A stretch of 64,000 nt of DNA. Origin: Promethearchaeota archaeon (GTDB taxonomy: Archaea > Asgardarchaeota > Lokiarchaeia > Sigyniarchaeales > SOKP01). Positions 1 through 9,143 of the stretch are shown here, piece by piece. Position 1 is the first letter of the stretch. Each line of letters opens with the position of its first letter. The notes under the pieces were generated by a model that was given only the letters and a program-made list of their open reading frames with translations, was not told the DNA's origin and did not search any database. The stretch lies in contig JBHLMP010000009.1 of the NCBI GenBank assembly GCA_048938025.1, forward strand, positions 8,106 through 72,105, written 5' to 3'. A program made the translations under genes and the position numbers.

Positions 1-271
1 AAATAAGATATAGTATGAAAAATGCTATAAGCCAAAGGAATTCCATTCCAAAAATATAAGCTAATCCCATAAATGGTTCAATAAAATATCGTTCTAATGG
101 AAAAGAAGAAGTATAATCTGAAGATACATCAGTTTGGCTAAGTGCATCATAAAAAATTACTTCTCTTTTGTTAATTACACATAATATTATCAAAAAGATA
201 ATCCAAATTGAAAAGAATGCTGAGACAATAGAAAGCAGCTTATTCTTTTTAATTGTAGTACTTAATGACAT
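1..271 (-). CDS. membrane protein, N-terminal part (gene runs off the window edge)
   Basis: Own minus-strand translation from ATG at about 269-271: MSLSTTIKKNKLLSIVSAFFSIWIIFLIILCVINKREV...GLAYIFGMEFLWLIAFFILYLI. The frame stays open to position 1 and shows two hydrophobic helices. It is absent from the ORF track because there is no stop inside the window. Confidence 0.4.
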   Translation of the reverse strand, partial: MSLSTTIKKNKLLSIVSAFFSIWIIFLIILCVINKREVIFYDALSQTDVSSDYTSSFPLERYFIEPFMGLAYIFGMEFLWLIAFFILYLI

Positions 272-561
272 AATATTAATTTGATCTAATTATTTATTAA
301 GATTCAACTTCCAAAATGAAAAAAAAAGAGAAATAGTTGAAATATTCTATTTAATCCTTTTCTTATTTAAGTAAAAGATTAATAGTAGCACAGAAAAGCT
401 AGTAAATAAGATAATTGTTAATAAATTATATCCTGGTATGCCATTATTATTGTTCGTATCTTGATTATTATTAGAGATTACAGGATTTTTTATTAATCAT
501 TTTTTAATCAGAGTTTTAATGATTTATATAAATTATGTATACAAATATGATAGAGCTAAGT

Positions 562-1740
562 TTATAAATATTTATCTAAAGATTTTGAAGAATTTGTAAA
601 TTTTCGATAAACTCTAACATCAACTACGGGGATTTCATCAATTATTAATTTACTTAATTCTTTCTCCTTAATATTACAAGATTTTGGTGGTTTTAATCCC
701 CTTAATCTAAGATAGAGAACAGGCATCATAGAATTAGAAGGTTGGATATTGGGATTTAGAGTTTTTAAAGATTGCTTAAGTTTTTGCGTGATATACTTAT
801 AAAAATCAAATTTATTTTTATAGCTTTTACAGATAATAGTTTCCCAGATATGGTTTCGATTATTTAACCGAATCATTTGGACTTTTTTAATATAATTCTT
901 TTTACCAATAATTTCGACAAGAAATACTCCCCGTTTAAATGTTGTGTCAATTGAGCAAACTGCTTCTGGAGACCCTGGATTATAAATCCAATTATCAAGT
1001 ATAAATTGTTTATGAAAATGACCTAATGCTAAATAGTCAATTCTATGTTTAAGGTGTTGAATATGGTCTATATTGATACCAGGAACATTTTTCATCTGTC
1101 CTTCAATCCCAAAATGTTGTAAAAGGATATGAAATAATCCATCATCATTTTGGATCCCTTTTCTTATTTTTGATAGATAGGAAATTGGTTTTTCACCGAG
1201 ATATCGAGTACCATATATCACCACATTCTTTATTTGAATTTTTCCTCCTTTTCTTGTTATGAAATTATAAGGTTCGAACATTTCCATTGGTGGAGCTTCA
1301 AGATTAGCATCTAAAAGTATTATCAATCCTAAGCTAGCAAGTAATTTAAGCCAAGATTGTCCTCGCTGTTTAAATCGTACTCCTCTAGAAAACTTACGAA
1401 TATCATGATTTCCTTCAATTGCTATAATTGAAATTGTCTTATTTGTATATTGGTAGAACTCTTTTAATAGATTAACAATCTTATTTAATTTTCCTGGAAG
1501 CATTTCCAGTGAAGTAAATACATCGCCACCTAGTAATAAAAAATCAACATGATAAGTAATTGCGAGTTGTAATATTTCTTGAAATATGTGAATAAAGTCG
1601 TCTGCTCGATAATCATTTCTGTATTGATGAGAGCCAAGGTGAATATCACTAGCGTGTATAAACCGTACTTTATCTTGATTATTTTGAATGTAGTTTTGAT
1701 AGCTTCCTAGTTTGTGTTTGAAAAGGTTACAGTCCAACAT
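562..1740 (-). CDS. Mre11/SbcD-like calcineurin-fold metallophosphoesterase (DNA repair exonuclease family)
   Basis: Ordered phosphoesterase motifs are present: HASDIHLG, LLGGDVF, IEGNHD, LLQHF, LGHFH. The 392 aa size fits archaeal Mre11. No rad50/herA/nurA is adjacent. Confidence 0.7.
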   Translation of the reverse strand: MLDCNLFKHKLGSYQNYIQNNQDKVRFIHASDIHLGSHQYRNDYRADDFIHIFQEILQLAITYHVDFLLLGGDVFTSLEMLPGKLNKIVNLLKEFYQYTNKTISIIAIEGNHDIRKFSRGVRFKQRGQSWLKLLASLGLIILLDANLEAPPMEMFEPYNFITRKGGKIQIKNVVIYGTRYLGEKPISYLSKIRKGIQNDDGLFHILLQHFGIEGQMKNVPGINIDHIQHLKHRIDYLALGHFHKQFILDNWIYNPGSPEAVCSIDTTFKRGVFLVEIIGKKNYIKKVQMIRLNNRNHIWETIICKSYKNKFDFYKYITQKLKQSLKTLNPNIQPSNSMMPVLYLRLRGLKPPKSCNIKEKELSKLIIDEIPVVDVRVYRKFTNSSKSLDKYL

Positions 1741-1922
1741 GTAAATTATAACATTCTGAAAGTTTTATACGATATTTTGAATATCATATTCAGATTTATA
1801 AATAATAAAAGCCTAAAGATGTAGTGAAAAACCCTAAAATATCTCGATATCACTGATTAGCAAAATTATTAATATTTTTTGAATTATTTGACTTACGATT
1901 ACATGAAAGTATTCCTATAATT

Positions 1923-2507
1923 ATGATTCAAGATAAAGAAATTAAATATGATGTTGGTGTAATTCATGGTCGATTCCAAATATTACACAATGATCATATG
2001 AAATATCTATTAGCTGGAAAAAATTTATGTAAACATTTAATAATAGGTATCACGAATCCAGATCCTTCTCTTACAAGAGATTCAAAAACAAATCCCCATC
2101 GTAGTACTCCTCTTGCAAATCCATTGTCCTATTATGAACGTTATGTGATGTTAAGAGAAGTATTTAAGGAAAAAGGATTTAAATTGTCCGAATTTTCAAT
2201 TGTACCTTTTCCAATTAATATAGCTGAATTAATTAAATATTATGTTCCTATGAATGCTGTATTTTTTTTATCAATCTATGATGATTGGGGCAGAGAGAAA
2301 AAGCAAAAATTAGAATCTTTAGGTCTAAATGTTTATGTATTATGGGAAGTTTCTTTTGAAGAAAAAGGATTAAGCTCAAGTGATATTAGGGATGCAATGA
2401 TTAATAATAAACCATGGGAACATTTAGTCCCTTCTGTAGTAGTCAAACTTATGAAAGAATGGGATATAATTGACAGATTGAAAAATATGAGCCTTTATAA
2501 TTTTTAA
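1923..2507 (+). CDS. cytidylyltransferase-like nucleotidyltransferase (NMN adenylyltransferase-like)
   Basis: The N-terminal GVIHGRFQILHNDH matches the (H/T)xGH nucleotidyltransferase signature, followed by a Rossmann-like IIGITNPD strand. Size is 194 aa. Confidence 0.55.
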   Translation: MIQDKEIKYDVGVIHGRFQILHNDHMKYLLAGKNLCKHLIIGITNPDPSLTRDSKTNPHRSTPLANPLSYYERYVMLREVFKEKGFKLSEFSIVPFPINIAELIKYYVPMNAVFFLSIYDDWGREKKQKLESLGLNVYVLWEVSFEEKGLSSSDIRDAMINNKPWEHLVPSVVVKLMKEWDIIDRLKNMSLYNF

Positions 2508-2582
2508 GTAAATCACTTACTAAAAATAAAAAAAAGATTATTTTGATTAATAATAATTTATAATATCTTTATTAACACCAAT

Positions 2583-3809
2583 TTAGCTTACTAAGACGGC
2601 CTCCATTATGATTTTGCCTATATTAAATTTATCTGTTAATAAGAACTTCTTAAATTTTGAAATTTTTCGTTTACTTATCATGAGTGAATGATATACTCCT
2701 GCGTTTTGCATAGTATTAATAAGTATATAGCCATTGATACTTGAGTCCTTAAGATACATTTTCTTATACACACCATCTTCAAAAAATTTCATTTCCTCTC
2801 CTTCGTATTTACCATCTGAGATGATTGGTGTTCCAAATATCTTAATCAGAGTTTGTATAGTAGAACCCTCATATCTAGTTTTTCTTCCGACCATATTATA
2901 ACCTGCAATTGTTCCTTGAGTCAGTGCATTAGACCAAAGTAAAATAGATTCTCGATTTCCAGTTAATAAGTTTGTTGATTCGACGATATCTCCAGCAGCG
3001 TAAATATCACGTACATTTGTTTCAAGAAATTCATTTACAATTATTCCTGAATTTATATTGATACCACAATCCTTTAAAAACTCTAAATTTGGTTTAACTC
3101 CCGTGGCAACTATAACAAGATCAGCATCTAAAACTGTTCCATCAGTGAGTTTTACGCTTTTGACTTGTTTTTTCCCTAAAATCTCAGTGACATTATTCTC
3201 TAATAAAACAGTAATATTATTTTTTTCAAGAATTTCTTTCGCTATATTTCCCATTTCTTTATCTAGCATACGAGGTAAAACTTTATCTAAGGCCTCAACA
3301 ATAGTAACATCTATTTCTTTTTTTTTCAAACCCTCAGCAGCATCAAGACCTATGAAACCTGCACCAAGTACAACTGCATTGTTAATTTTTTTTGTTTTGA
3401 TCCAGTTGTAAATATTATCAATTTCATTCAATGTTTTGAATGTAAACACACCTTCTTTATCAAGACCTTTTATGGAAGGTACATCAACATGGCCACCTGC
3501 AGCAATAAGAAGTTTATCATATTCAACCGATTTTGAGTCAAATAAGATTTTTTTGTTTTCAGGTTGAATGCTTTTTATTTCTTTGCCCAAAATTGGATTA
3601 ACATTCATTCGATTGAAAAAGTCTTTCCCTTTCCAAAAAACTGTATCTCTTTCTTCCTCTTCTAAGATATAATGACAGAGAAGGCAAGCAGAATATGGTG
3701 GAACATCTTCTTTCGAAATCATAATGATTTCCGCATCATGGTCATATTCTCTTATTGCTTCAACACCACTTACACCGGCTCCACCAGTACCAATTATTAC
3801 AAACTTCAT
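2583..3809 (-). CDS. FAD/NAD(P)-dependent pyridine nucleotide-disulfide oxidoreductase (CooS-associated type)
   Basis: Contains MKFVIIGTGGAGVSG (FAD GxGxxG), a redox CxxC in YSACLLCHY, a second dinucleotide fold VLGAGFIGLDAAE, and AAGDI. It lies 56 nt downstream of cooS on the same strand. Confidence 0.8.
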   Translation of the reverse strand: MKFVIIGTGGAGVSGVEAIREYDHDAEIIMISKEDVPPYSACLLCHYILEEEERDTVFWKGKDFFNRMNVNPILGKEIKSIQPENKKILFDSKSVEYDKLLIAAGGHVDVPSIKGLDKEGVFTFKTLNEIDNIYNWIKTKKINNAVVLGAGFIGLDAAEGLKKKEIDVTIVEALDKVLPRMLDKEMGNIAKEILEKNNITVLLENNVTEILGKKQVKSVKLTDGTVLDADLVIVATGVKPNLEFLKDCGININSGIIVNEFLETNVRDIYAAGDIVESTNLLTGNRESILLWSNALTQGTIAGYNMVGRKTRYEGSTIQTLIKIFGTPIISDGKYEGEEMKFFEDGVYKKMYLKDSSINGYILINTMQNAGVYHSLMISKRKISKFKKFLLTDKFNIGKIIMEAVLVS

Positions 3810-3865
3810 TTTCTTTCACACCTTTTTTCCATTAAATTTTATATAACAGCTTTTACTGGTGGATT

Positions 3866-5740
3866 TCATAATCCAAGAGCTTTTCGCTTCTCTTCAATAT
3901 GATTAATTATTAATTCTGCTTCTTTCTCAGGATCTGGCTCAACAACGAAATTAGCTCCTATTACACCTTTTAATCCTTGGGTTAGAAGTTCTGTAACTCC
4001 TTTACTTCCTAAAACCGGAGGAATAGTACCTAGAACAGTAAATATACCTGAAGAAACAACATATGCCCCAATACTAACAGCTTTTTCAGACATCCATTCT
4101 GGAGCGGCACCTGCAACAGGCAAATCACTAATATCTACATTTAATTCATTTGCGATAACAGCAGCAACGTTCAAAATTCTGCTTATATCAACACATGAAC
4201 CCATATGCAAAACAGGAGGAATACCAAGGCTTTTTGCAACTTCTTTTACACCTTCACCAGCTTGATCTGCTGCTTCTGGAACTAATAAACCTGCTTTAGC
4301 ATTTGCTATTGCTGCACAACCAGACTCAACAACTAGAATATCTTTTTCAATTAATCGTTTTGTCAAGGTAACATGATTAAAATCATGTTTAATTTTTGGA
4401 TTATTGCAACCAACTATAGCGGCTATTCCGCGAATTTTTCCAGCTTTTATTGCATCAATTAAAGGCTGTGCAGTACCACCAAGAGCTTCAAGAATTGCTT
4501 CAGCAGAAAATCCAGCTATTAATTTAACAACATTCTTAGGTATTTTTACAAGATTAGGGTTTCTGTTTTCATAGGCTTCAATAGCTTCTTTTACGATCTT
4601 AGTTCCAATATCATATGCATGCTCAGGATCGAATTCAATATGAGTGGCTCCGGGAATCTTAGCTTTTGGAGATGTAGTTATTATTTTTGAGTGATAACAA
4701 TTAGCAACTGTTGGTAATGAAGGCATAAGACACTGATAATCTACAACCATAGCATCTACAGCTCCAGAAACAAGTGCCAATTCCTGTACTAAGAAATTAC
4801 CAGCAACAGGAATTCCTTTTCTCATCAATAACTCATTTGATGTACAACAAATTCCTGCAATATTTATTCCATTGGCTCCTTTCTGTTTTGCTAATTCAAT
4901 CATTTCAGGATCTCTAACAGCATCGACAATTACTTCAGATAAAACAGGATTATGACCGTGTACAATAATATTAACATGATCTTCCTTTAACACTCCAAGG
5001 CTTACCGTACTCTCTTTTGGTTTTGGAGTCCCCCATAAAATGTCACTGAATTCTGTAGCAAGCATTGATCCACCCCAACCATCGCTAATTGAGGTTCTTA
5101 ACCCATGTAATAATAGACTTGCCATTTCTGCCCCAACCCCTATATGAGTTCGATGCATTATTTCTACAATCTCTCTATCAATACTTCGTGGCCAAATTCC
5201 AAGATTTTTCCATAACTCTTTTCTTTTCTCTGGTACCCGCTCTGCAAATTGAATAGTATTTTTAATCATCCCAAATTCTTCCATTGCTTTTTCTGCTAAT
5301 TCCTTAGCTATTTCCTCCTTAGATCTTTCGTCTATAACTATATTATATTCTTGGGCAATTCGTTTCAATTTTTCCTCATCAGTTATTTGATATCCTTGAG
5401 TTTTACCCTCAGCAGTTAAATGAAGAACTTCCACTATATCTCTACCATGATCAGAATGAGCTGCTGCTCCTCCAGCAATCATCCTCGCAAGGTTTCTAGC
5501 AACTATAGTGTCTGCATCAGCACCACATACTCCTTTCTTTGGCTCATTGCCAAAAGGATCAATTCTGCAAGGCCCCATCGCACAATTTCTACAGCAAATA
5601 CCAAGTAATCCATAACCACATTGTGGTTCTTGTAATTCTAATCTATCCCAAGCTGTAACAATATGCTCGTCAGCTGCTTTTTCTAACATATCTTGTGCAG
5701 CTACATCTATTGTTCTTTCTAAAATAGTTTCCCTTTTCAT
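3866..5740 (-). CDS. cooS: anaerobic Ni,Fe carbon monoxide dehydrogenase catalytic subunit, CooS type
   Basis: Contains QCGYGLLGICCRNCAMGPCRI and GVCGADADTIVARN (B/D-cluster cysteines) plus downstream HGHNP, AGICCT and GSCVD C-cluster ligand contexts. At 624 aa it is CooS length, not the ~800 aa of CdhA. Confidence 0.93.
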   Translation of the reverse strand: MKRETILERTIDVAAQDMLEKAADEHIVTAWDRLELQEPQCGYGLLGICCRNCAMGPCRIDPFGNEPKKGVCGADADTIVARNLARMIAGGAAAHSDHGRDIVEVLHLTAEGKTQGYQITDEEKLKRIAQEYNIVIDERSKEEIAKELAEKAMEEFGMIKNTIQFAERVPEKRKELWKNLGIWPRSIDREIVEIMHRTHIGVGAEMASLLLHGLRTSISDGWGGSMLATEFSDILWGTPKPKESTVSLGVLKEDHVNIIVHGHNPVLSEVIVDAVRDPEMIELAKQKGANGINIAGICCTSNELLMRKGIPVAGNFLVQELALVSGAVDAMVVDYQCLMPSLPTVANCYHSKIITTSPKAKIPGATHIEFDPEHAYDIGTKIVKEAIEAYENRNPNLVKIPKNVVKLIAGFSAEAILEALGGTAQPLIDAIKAGKIRGIAAIVGCNNPKIKHDFNHVTLTKRLIEKDILVVESGCAAIANAKAGLLVPEAADQAGEGVKEVAKSLGIPPVLHMGSCVDISRILNVAAVIANELNVDISDLPVAGAAPEWMSEKAVSIGAYVVSSGIFTVLGTIPPVLGSKGVTELLTQGLKGVIGANFVVEPDPEKEAELIINHIEEKRKALGL

Positions 5741-6345
5741 TTTTCCATACCTACCTGCATCATAGAGAAACCCAAATCACGCCATAACTTTATTAATCCA
5801 GGAATTTCAGGGCGAATTTCTGTTTCTACTGCCGCAACTTTTTGAGCAACTGTTCTACGATCTTCTTTTATAATTTCATTAATATCTCCATAATTAAGAG
5901 CCATTGTTTTGCACGCATCAACACATGCTGGATTCAACCCAACACTAATACGATCTTGACAATTATCACATTTAATGGCAACTTCCCTATCTAAAGAGAC
6001 CTTCCAAGACGGATGAAATGTAATCGCATCAAGAGGACAGGCAATAGCACACATACCACATGCAATACATTTTTCTTCGTTTATAAGAATGGTTTCTGTC
6101 TCTCTATCTCTATTTAATGCTCCTGAAGGACATACGTTAATACAAGGTGTCGGATAACATTGTCGACATTTGCCAGGATAAGTCATTATTCCAACAGAAG
6201 GCATTACATGGATTCTTGGAGTAGGTAATGGCTCTTCAAAAATTGCAGCAAAAAGATTTTTAGATTCTGAGTGTTCTATTGAACACGCAATCTCACAATG
6301 TTTACATCCTATACAATGTTCTGGCATAACATATACAGTCTTCAT
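5737..6345 (-). CDS. cooF: CooF-like polyferredoxin (4x[4Fe-4S])
   Basis: Cys motifs CIGCKHCEIAC, CRQCYPTPCINVCP, CIACGMCAIACP and CDNC...CVDAC. Its stop overlaps the cooS start (ATGA). An SD-like GAGGGAAG lies about 8 nt upstream of the ATG. Confidence 0.85.
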   Translation of the reverse strand: MKTVYVMPEHCIGCKHCEIACSIEHSESKNLFAAIFEEPLPTPRIHVMPSVGIMTYPGKCRQCYPTPCINVCPSGALNRDRETETILINEEKCIACGMCAIACPLDAITFHPSWKVSLDREVAIKCDNCQDRISVGLNPACVDACKTMALNYGDINEIIKEDRRTVAQKVAAVETEIRPEIPGLIKLWRDLGFSMMQVGMEK

Positions 6346-6661
6346 TTTTGGACTTCCCTCTTTCTAAATTTAGATTTGATTTTTTTTAGTTACAAAATTT
6401 TTTATTTAGATCAGTTTTAATTTTAAATATTAAAAAAAACGACAAAAATATCGTCAAATTATTATTGGAATTAGTTAAGTTATAAATCTTTTGAATATTT
6501 AATCATAATAATTGCCATTTTTGTAAAAAAAATCCATATGTAAACATTAATTAGATGTCTATTATTATTCGAAAAATATCATTAGATTTATTTTTGTAAT
6601 TTTATATATTATAAAAAGTTTAAAAAGTTAGGAATAAAAAGTAAAATAAAAAATTTTGAAA
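6346..6661 (-). promoter_or_regulatory. 316-nt AT-rich spacer separating cdhB-cdhC from cooF-cooS; probable terminator plus promoter region
   Basis: On the minus strand, oligo-T runs follow the cdhC stop. TATA-like TTTAAAT/TAAATAAAAAA elements and an SD (AGAGGGAAG, plus-strand cttccctct about 6353-6361) precede cooF. Confidence 0.35.
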
Positions 6662-8089
6662 TTACTTCTTCTTTCTTTTGGTTTCAATTTTTTTAATAAT
6701 TATAGATTCGGCGTGGATTTTACAATTCTTTAAGATGACTTTGAAACCTCCTGCTCCACCAACTCCAGGAATTGTCATTCCAACTGTACCCATTGGGACC
6801 ATCGCACCTGCTTCCTCCCATTCCTCTTCTTCTTCTTCCATAGCTTCTAATTCAGCCCAAGTTGCAACAATAGGATGATTTTTCTCTTTTAAGAATTCTT
6901 TTAATTCATTGAGATCTTTAATATCTTCTTCCGTTGCGATTTTGTCAATCAGGTCTTCAGGAATAAAATTTGCCACTCGTTCCTTCACTGAAGTAGGCAT
7001 CCATACGATTGTGTAAATGCCACTTTCAAAACCCAGTTGTAGTCCGTCATAATATTGGTATTTCGGCGAACCAATGTATTGAAAACTCACACCATTAAAA
7101 CCGGGCATCTGTTTACCCCCACCAGTCTGATTTGCCATAGCTGAGAAGGGTAGTCCATTGATCGCGACATCACCGTAATTCCTATCAACTATTCCATGAC
7201 CGTTTACTTCTGGTATATAAAAATCAATGGCTTCAAAACAGCCACATGACGTATGAGGAAATTCCATGCCTGAATATAAGTAAATTCTGTCAATTTCCCC
7301 TAGTGACCGTTTCTTAATCATTGCGTTAACTCCTGTAAATTCTCCAGCGTCCTTATTTAAACACTCGCCTGGAGGTACCTCGTACAGAGGACCCTTCGGA
7401 TCAACTTTAGCTGCTGCTCGGGCATCAAACCAATTGATTGAACCGCATAATGAAGTTCTATCTGGCGTTATACAACAAGCATGGGTGGGTGCAAAAGACT
7501 GGCATAATACGCACCCGTAGAACATATCCACATCTTCATCATGAATTGTTCTGGCTCTTTCATCTCTCTTTTCATATACTTGCATTGCCATTTCATACGG
7601 TTTTTCAATTGCTTTAGGATCTGTATAAAAAGTAACTTGCGCTTGTTTAATGATTGGCAATTCTGCTTTATAAAGTCTAATCAGGATTGTTCCTAACATA
7701 TCAAAATTATTTAACCCTTTTGCGAAAGCAGACTTTGAGATTCGCATCCAATTAGTGTATCTCTGATTTAAATGCATTATTCCGTTCACAAAGTTGCAAA
7801 ATTCATGGACTCTCCTTTCAAATACCGCTTCTAGGTCCTCTTCCAATTCAGGTCCAGCAACTTCTACTAAAATTCCAATAGGGTACCTTTCTCCTTCTTT
7901 CATATCTTTAAGATCAGGTCCGTGAAGTACAACTTGGCCATCCTTAATCTCTTTAGGTTGTTTTACCCGTACGAGTTCAAAATGCTTCTCAATTTTAGGT
8001 CCGCCGAGCTCTACATACATTTGATTACCTCTGATGCGCTCACCTTCATATACAGGACCTACATCAACGGGCATATCTGAAAAACTCAT
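6662..8089 (-). CDS. cdhC: acetyl-CoA synthase (A-cluster subunit), archaeal CdhC/beta type
   Basis: Contains CVLCQSFAPTHACCITPDRTSLCGSINWFDARAAAKVDPKGP and HTSCGCFE (A-cluster ligands). Has an acidic EEEEEEWEE tract and the GGFKVILKN C-terminal tail typical of archaeal CdhC. Confidence 0.93.
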   Translation of the reverse strand: MSFSDMPVDVGPVYEGERIRGNQMYVELGGPKIEKHFELVRVKQPKEIKDGQVVLHGPDLKDMKEGERYPIGILVEVAGPELEEDLEAVFERRVHEFCNFVNGIMHLNQRYTNWMRISKSAFAKGLNNFDMLGTILIRLYKAELPIIKQAQVTFYTDPKAIEKPYEMAMQVYEKRDERARTIHDEDVDMFYGCVLCQSFAPTHACCITPDRTSLCGSINWFDARAAAKVDPKGPLYEVPPGECLNKDAGEFTGVNAMIKKRSLGEIDRIYLYSGMEFPHTSCGCFEAIDFYIPEVNGHGIVDRNYGDVAINGLPFSAMANQTGGGKQMPGFNGVSFQYIGSPKYQYYDGLQLGFESGIYTIVWMPTSVKERVANFIPEDLIDKIATEEDIKDLNELKEFLKEKNHPIVATWAELEAMEEEEEEWEEAGAMVPMGTVGMTIPGVGGAGGFKVILKNCKIHAESIIIKKIETKRKKK

Positions 8090-8128
8090 TTAATAATTCT
8101 CCTCTAATTTTTTTGATATTTTTTATAA

Positions 8129-8659
8129 TTATAAATTTTCAATTAATTTTTCTAAAAAGGCTTTCCAATCAGCTTCACTTAAATTTGGTAAGCTAAATCT
8201 AGCGTTAGGATGTGAATATCGGTCTAAATCGACAGTTCTTACCCAATTTGAAAAGTTTTTTATTCGACTCATTGTTTGTGACACATAATATACGAGATGC
8301 CCTCCGAAAATAGCCATTTCATATTGTCCTTTTCCATCTAATCCTTTCCAGTCTTTATCTACTAGTCTACCAGTAATATTAATTAGAGACATATCCCATA
8401 ATTTATCTATAGGAATTTTATCCTTTAAATATCCATAGGTATGGCCAGTTGATATTACGTGACAATCCAGCTTTTTTGCAATATCTATGAAATAATCAGC
8501 AACTTTTTTACCATCTAACTCCCAGTTTAGAGATTCTGAGCCGATTACAAAAACCTTCTTTTTCTGTGCTTTTAGAATATTCGCCATTACTTTTGGATCA
8601 TAGACAGAAGTGCCCATCTCTGGACCAGGGATATTCGCTTTTTGATAAGGTCTTGCCAT
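8129..8659 (-). CDS. cdhB: CO dehydrogenase/acetyl-CoA synthase epsilon subunit
   Basis: At 176 aa it matches remembered CdhB landmarks (WKGLDGKGQY, KNFSNW, DLDRYSHPNARFS). It lies 39 nt upstream of cdhC on the same strand. Confidence 0.8.
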   Translation of the reverse strand: MARPYQKANIPGPEMGTSVYDPKVMANILKAQKKKVFVIGSESLNWELDGKKVADYFIDIAKKLDCHVISTGHTYGYLKDKIPIDKLWDMSLINITGRLVDKDWKGLDGKGQYEMAIFGGHLVYYVSQTMSRIKNFSNWVRTVDLDRYSHPNARFSLPNLSEADWKAFLEKLIENL

Positions 8660-8813
8660 TTTTTCATCAATTTACTCTGGTTTTAGTTTAAGTTATAACT
8701 TTTAAAACAATTGCTATACTTACATTTATTAAAGACAATTTAAAAAAATTGTTCTTATTAAATTAAACTAAAATGTAAGATGAATTAAATATAAAAGAAG
8801 TGAAAAATTTAAG
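8660..8813. promoter_or_regulatory. divergent intergenic region between cdhB and the CooT-like gene
   Basis: AT-rich with TATA-like boxes in both directions. An ACAATT core is repeated (about 8706 and 8734), and there is an imperfect palindrome ACAATTT-N4-AAATTGT at about 8734-8751. Confidence 0.3.
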
Positions 8814-9119
8814 TTGTGCGAATTTAAAATCATAAAACAAAACGATGGCTCCCAAATATTAGAGGACATTGTGGTTTTATCATATACAGAGAATAATGAA
8901 TTGCTATTCAAAGATATATTAGGTATTGGTGAGGTTATAGATTCTGGTTTAATATTAGATGTTAATACCTTAAACCAAACTTGTATAGTCCTTGAACATC
9001 CCTTGGTGAAAGATTTTATTAATCTAATTAAAAAATTCAATGATAATTCTTTAAACAAGGCTGATATTGAAAAATTCCAAAAAAACTTAGAAGAATTAAA
9101 AGAGACACTTAAAAAATAA
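8814..9119 (+). CDS. cooT: CooT-family nickel-binding protein (CODH maturation) with C-terminal helical extension
   Basis: A TTG start is followed directly by Cys2 (MCEFKIIKQNDGSQILEDIVVL...), the hallmark N-terminus of CooT. Its position is divergent from cdhB. The overlapping minus-strand ORF 8768..9127 is low-complexity. Confidence 0.55.
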   Translation: MCEFKIIKQNDGSQILEDIVVLSYTENNELLFKDILGIGEVIDSGLILDVNTLNQTCIVLEHPLVKDFINLIKKFNDNSLNKADIEKFQKNLEELKETLKK

Positions 9120-9143
9120 AAATTCAAAAAAAATCAAGAAATT

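Noticed and set aside
1755-1794. Nested inverted repeats in the mre11-like/nucleotidyltransferase divergent promoter: TCTGAA...GATATTttgAATATC...TTCAGA.
   Set aside because: Six-bp AT-rich palindromes are expected by chance in ~70% AT intergenic DNA. I have no second copy or known regulator motif to support an operator call.
3058-3902. Plus-strand ORFs 3058..3411 and 3672..3902, lying inside or overlapping the oxidoreductase and cooS genes.
   Set aside because: They are antisense shadows of well-supported genes. Their composition is low-complexity and Ser/Phe/Thr-rich, with no motifs.
6430-6460. Short hairpin ACGA-caaaaata-TCGT in the cdhC-cooF spacer.
   Set aside because: The stem is only 4 bp. 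That is too weak to call a terminator or riboregulator.
8768-9127. Minus-strand 119-aa ORF overlapping the CooT-like gene.
   Set aside because: It is Phe/Ser/Asn/Leu-rich low-complexity sequence. The plus-strand frame carries the Met-Cys CooT hallmark and sits in a sensible genomic context.
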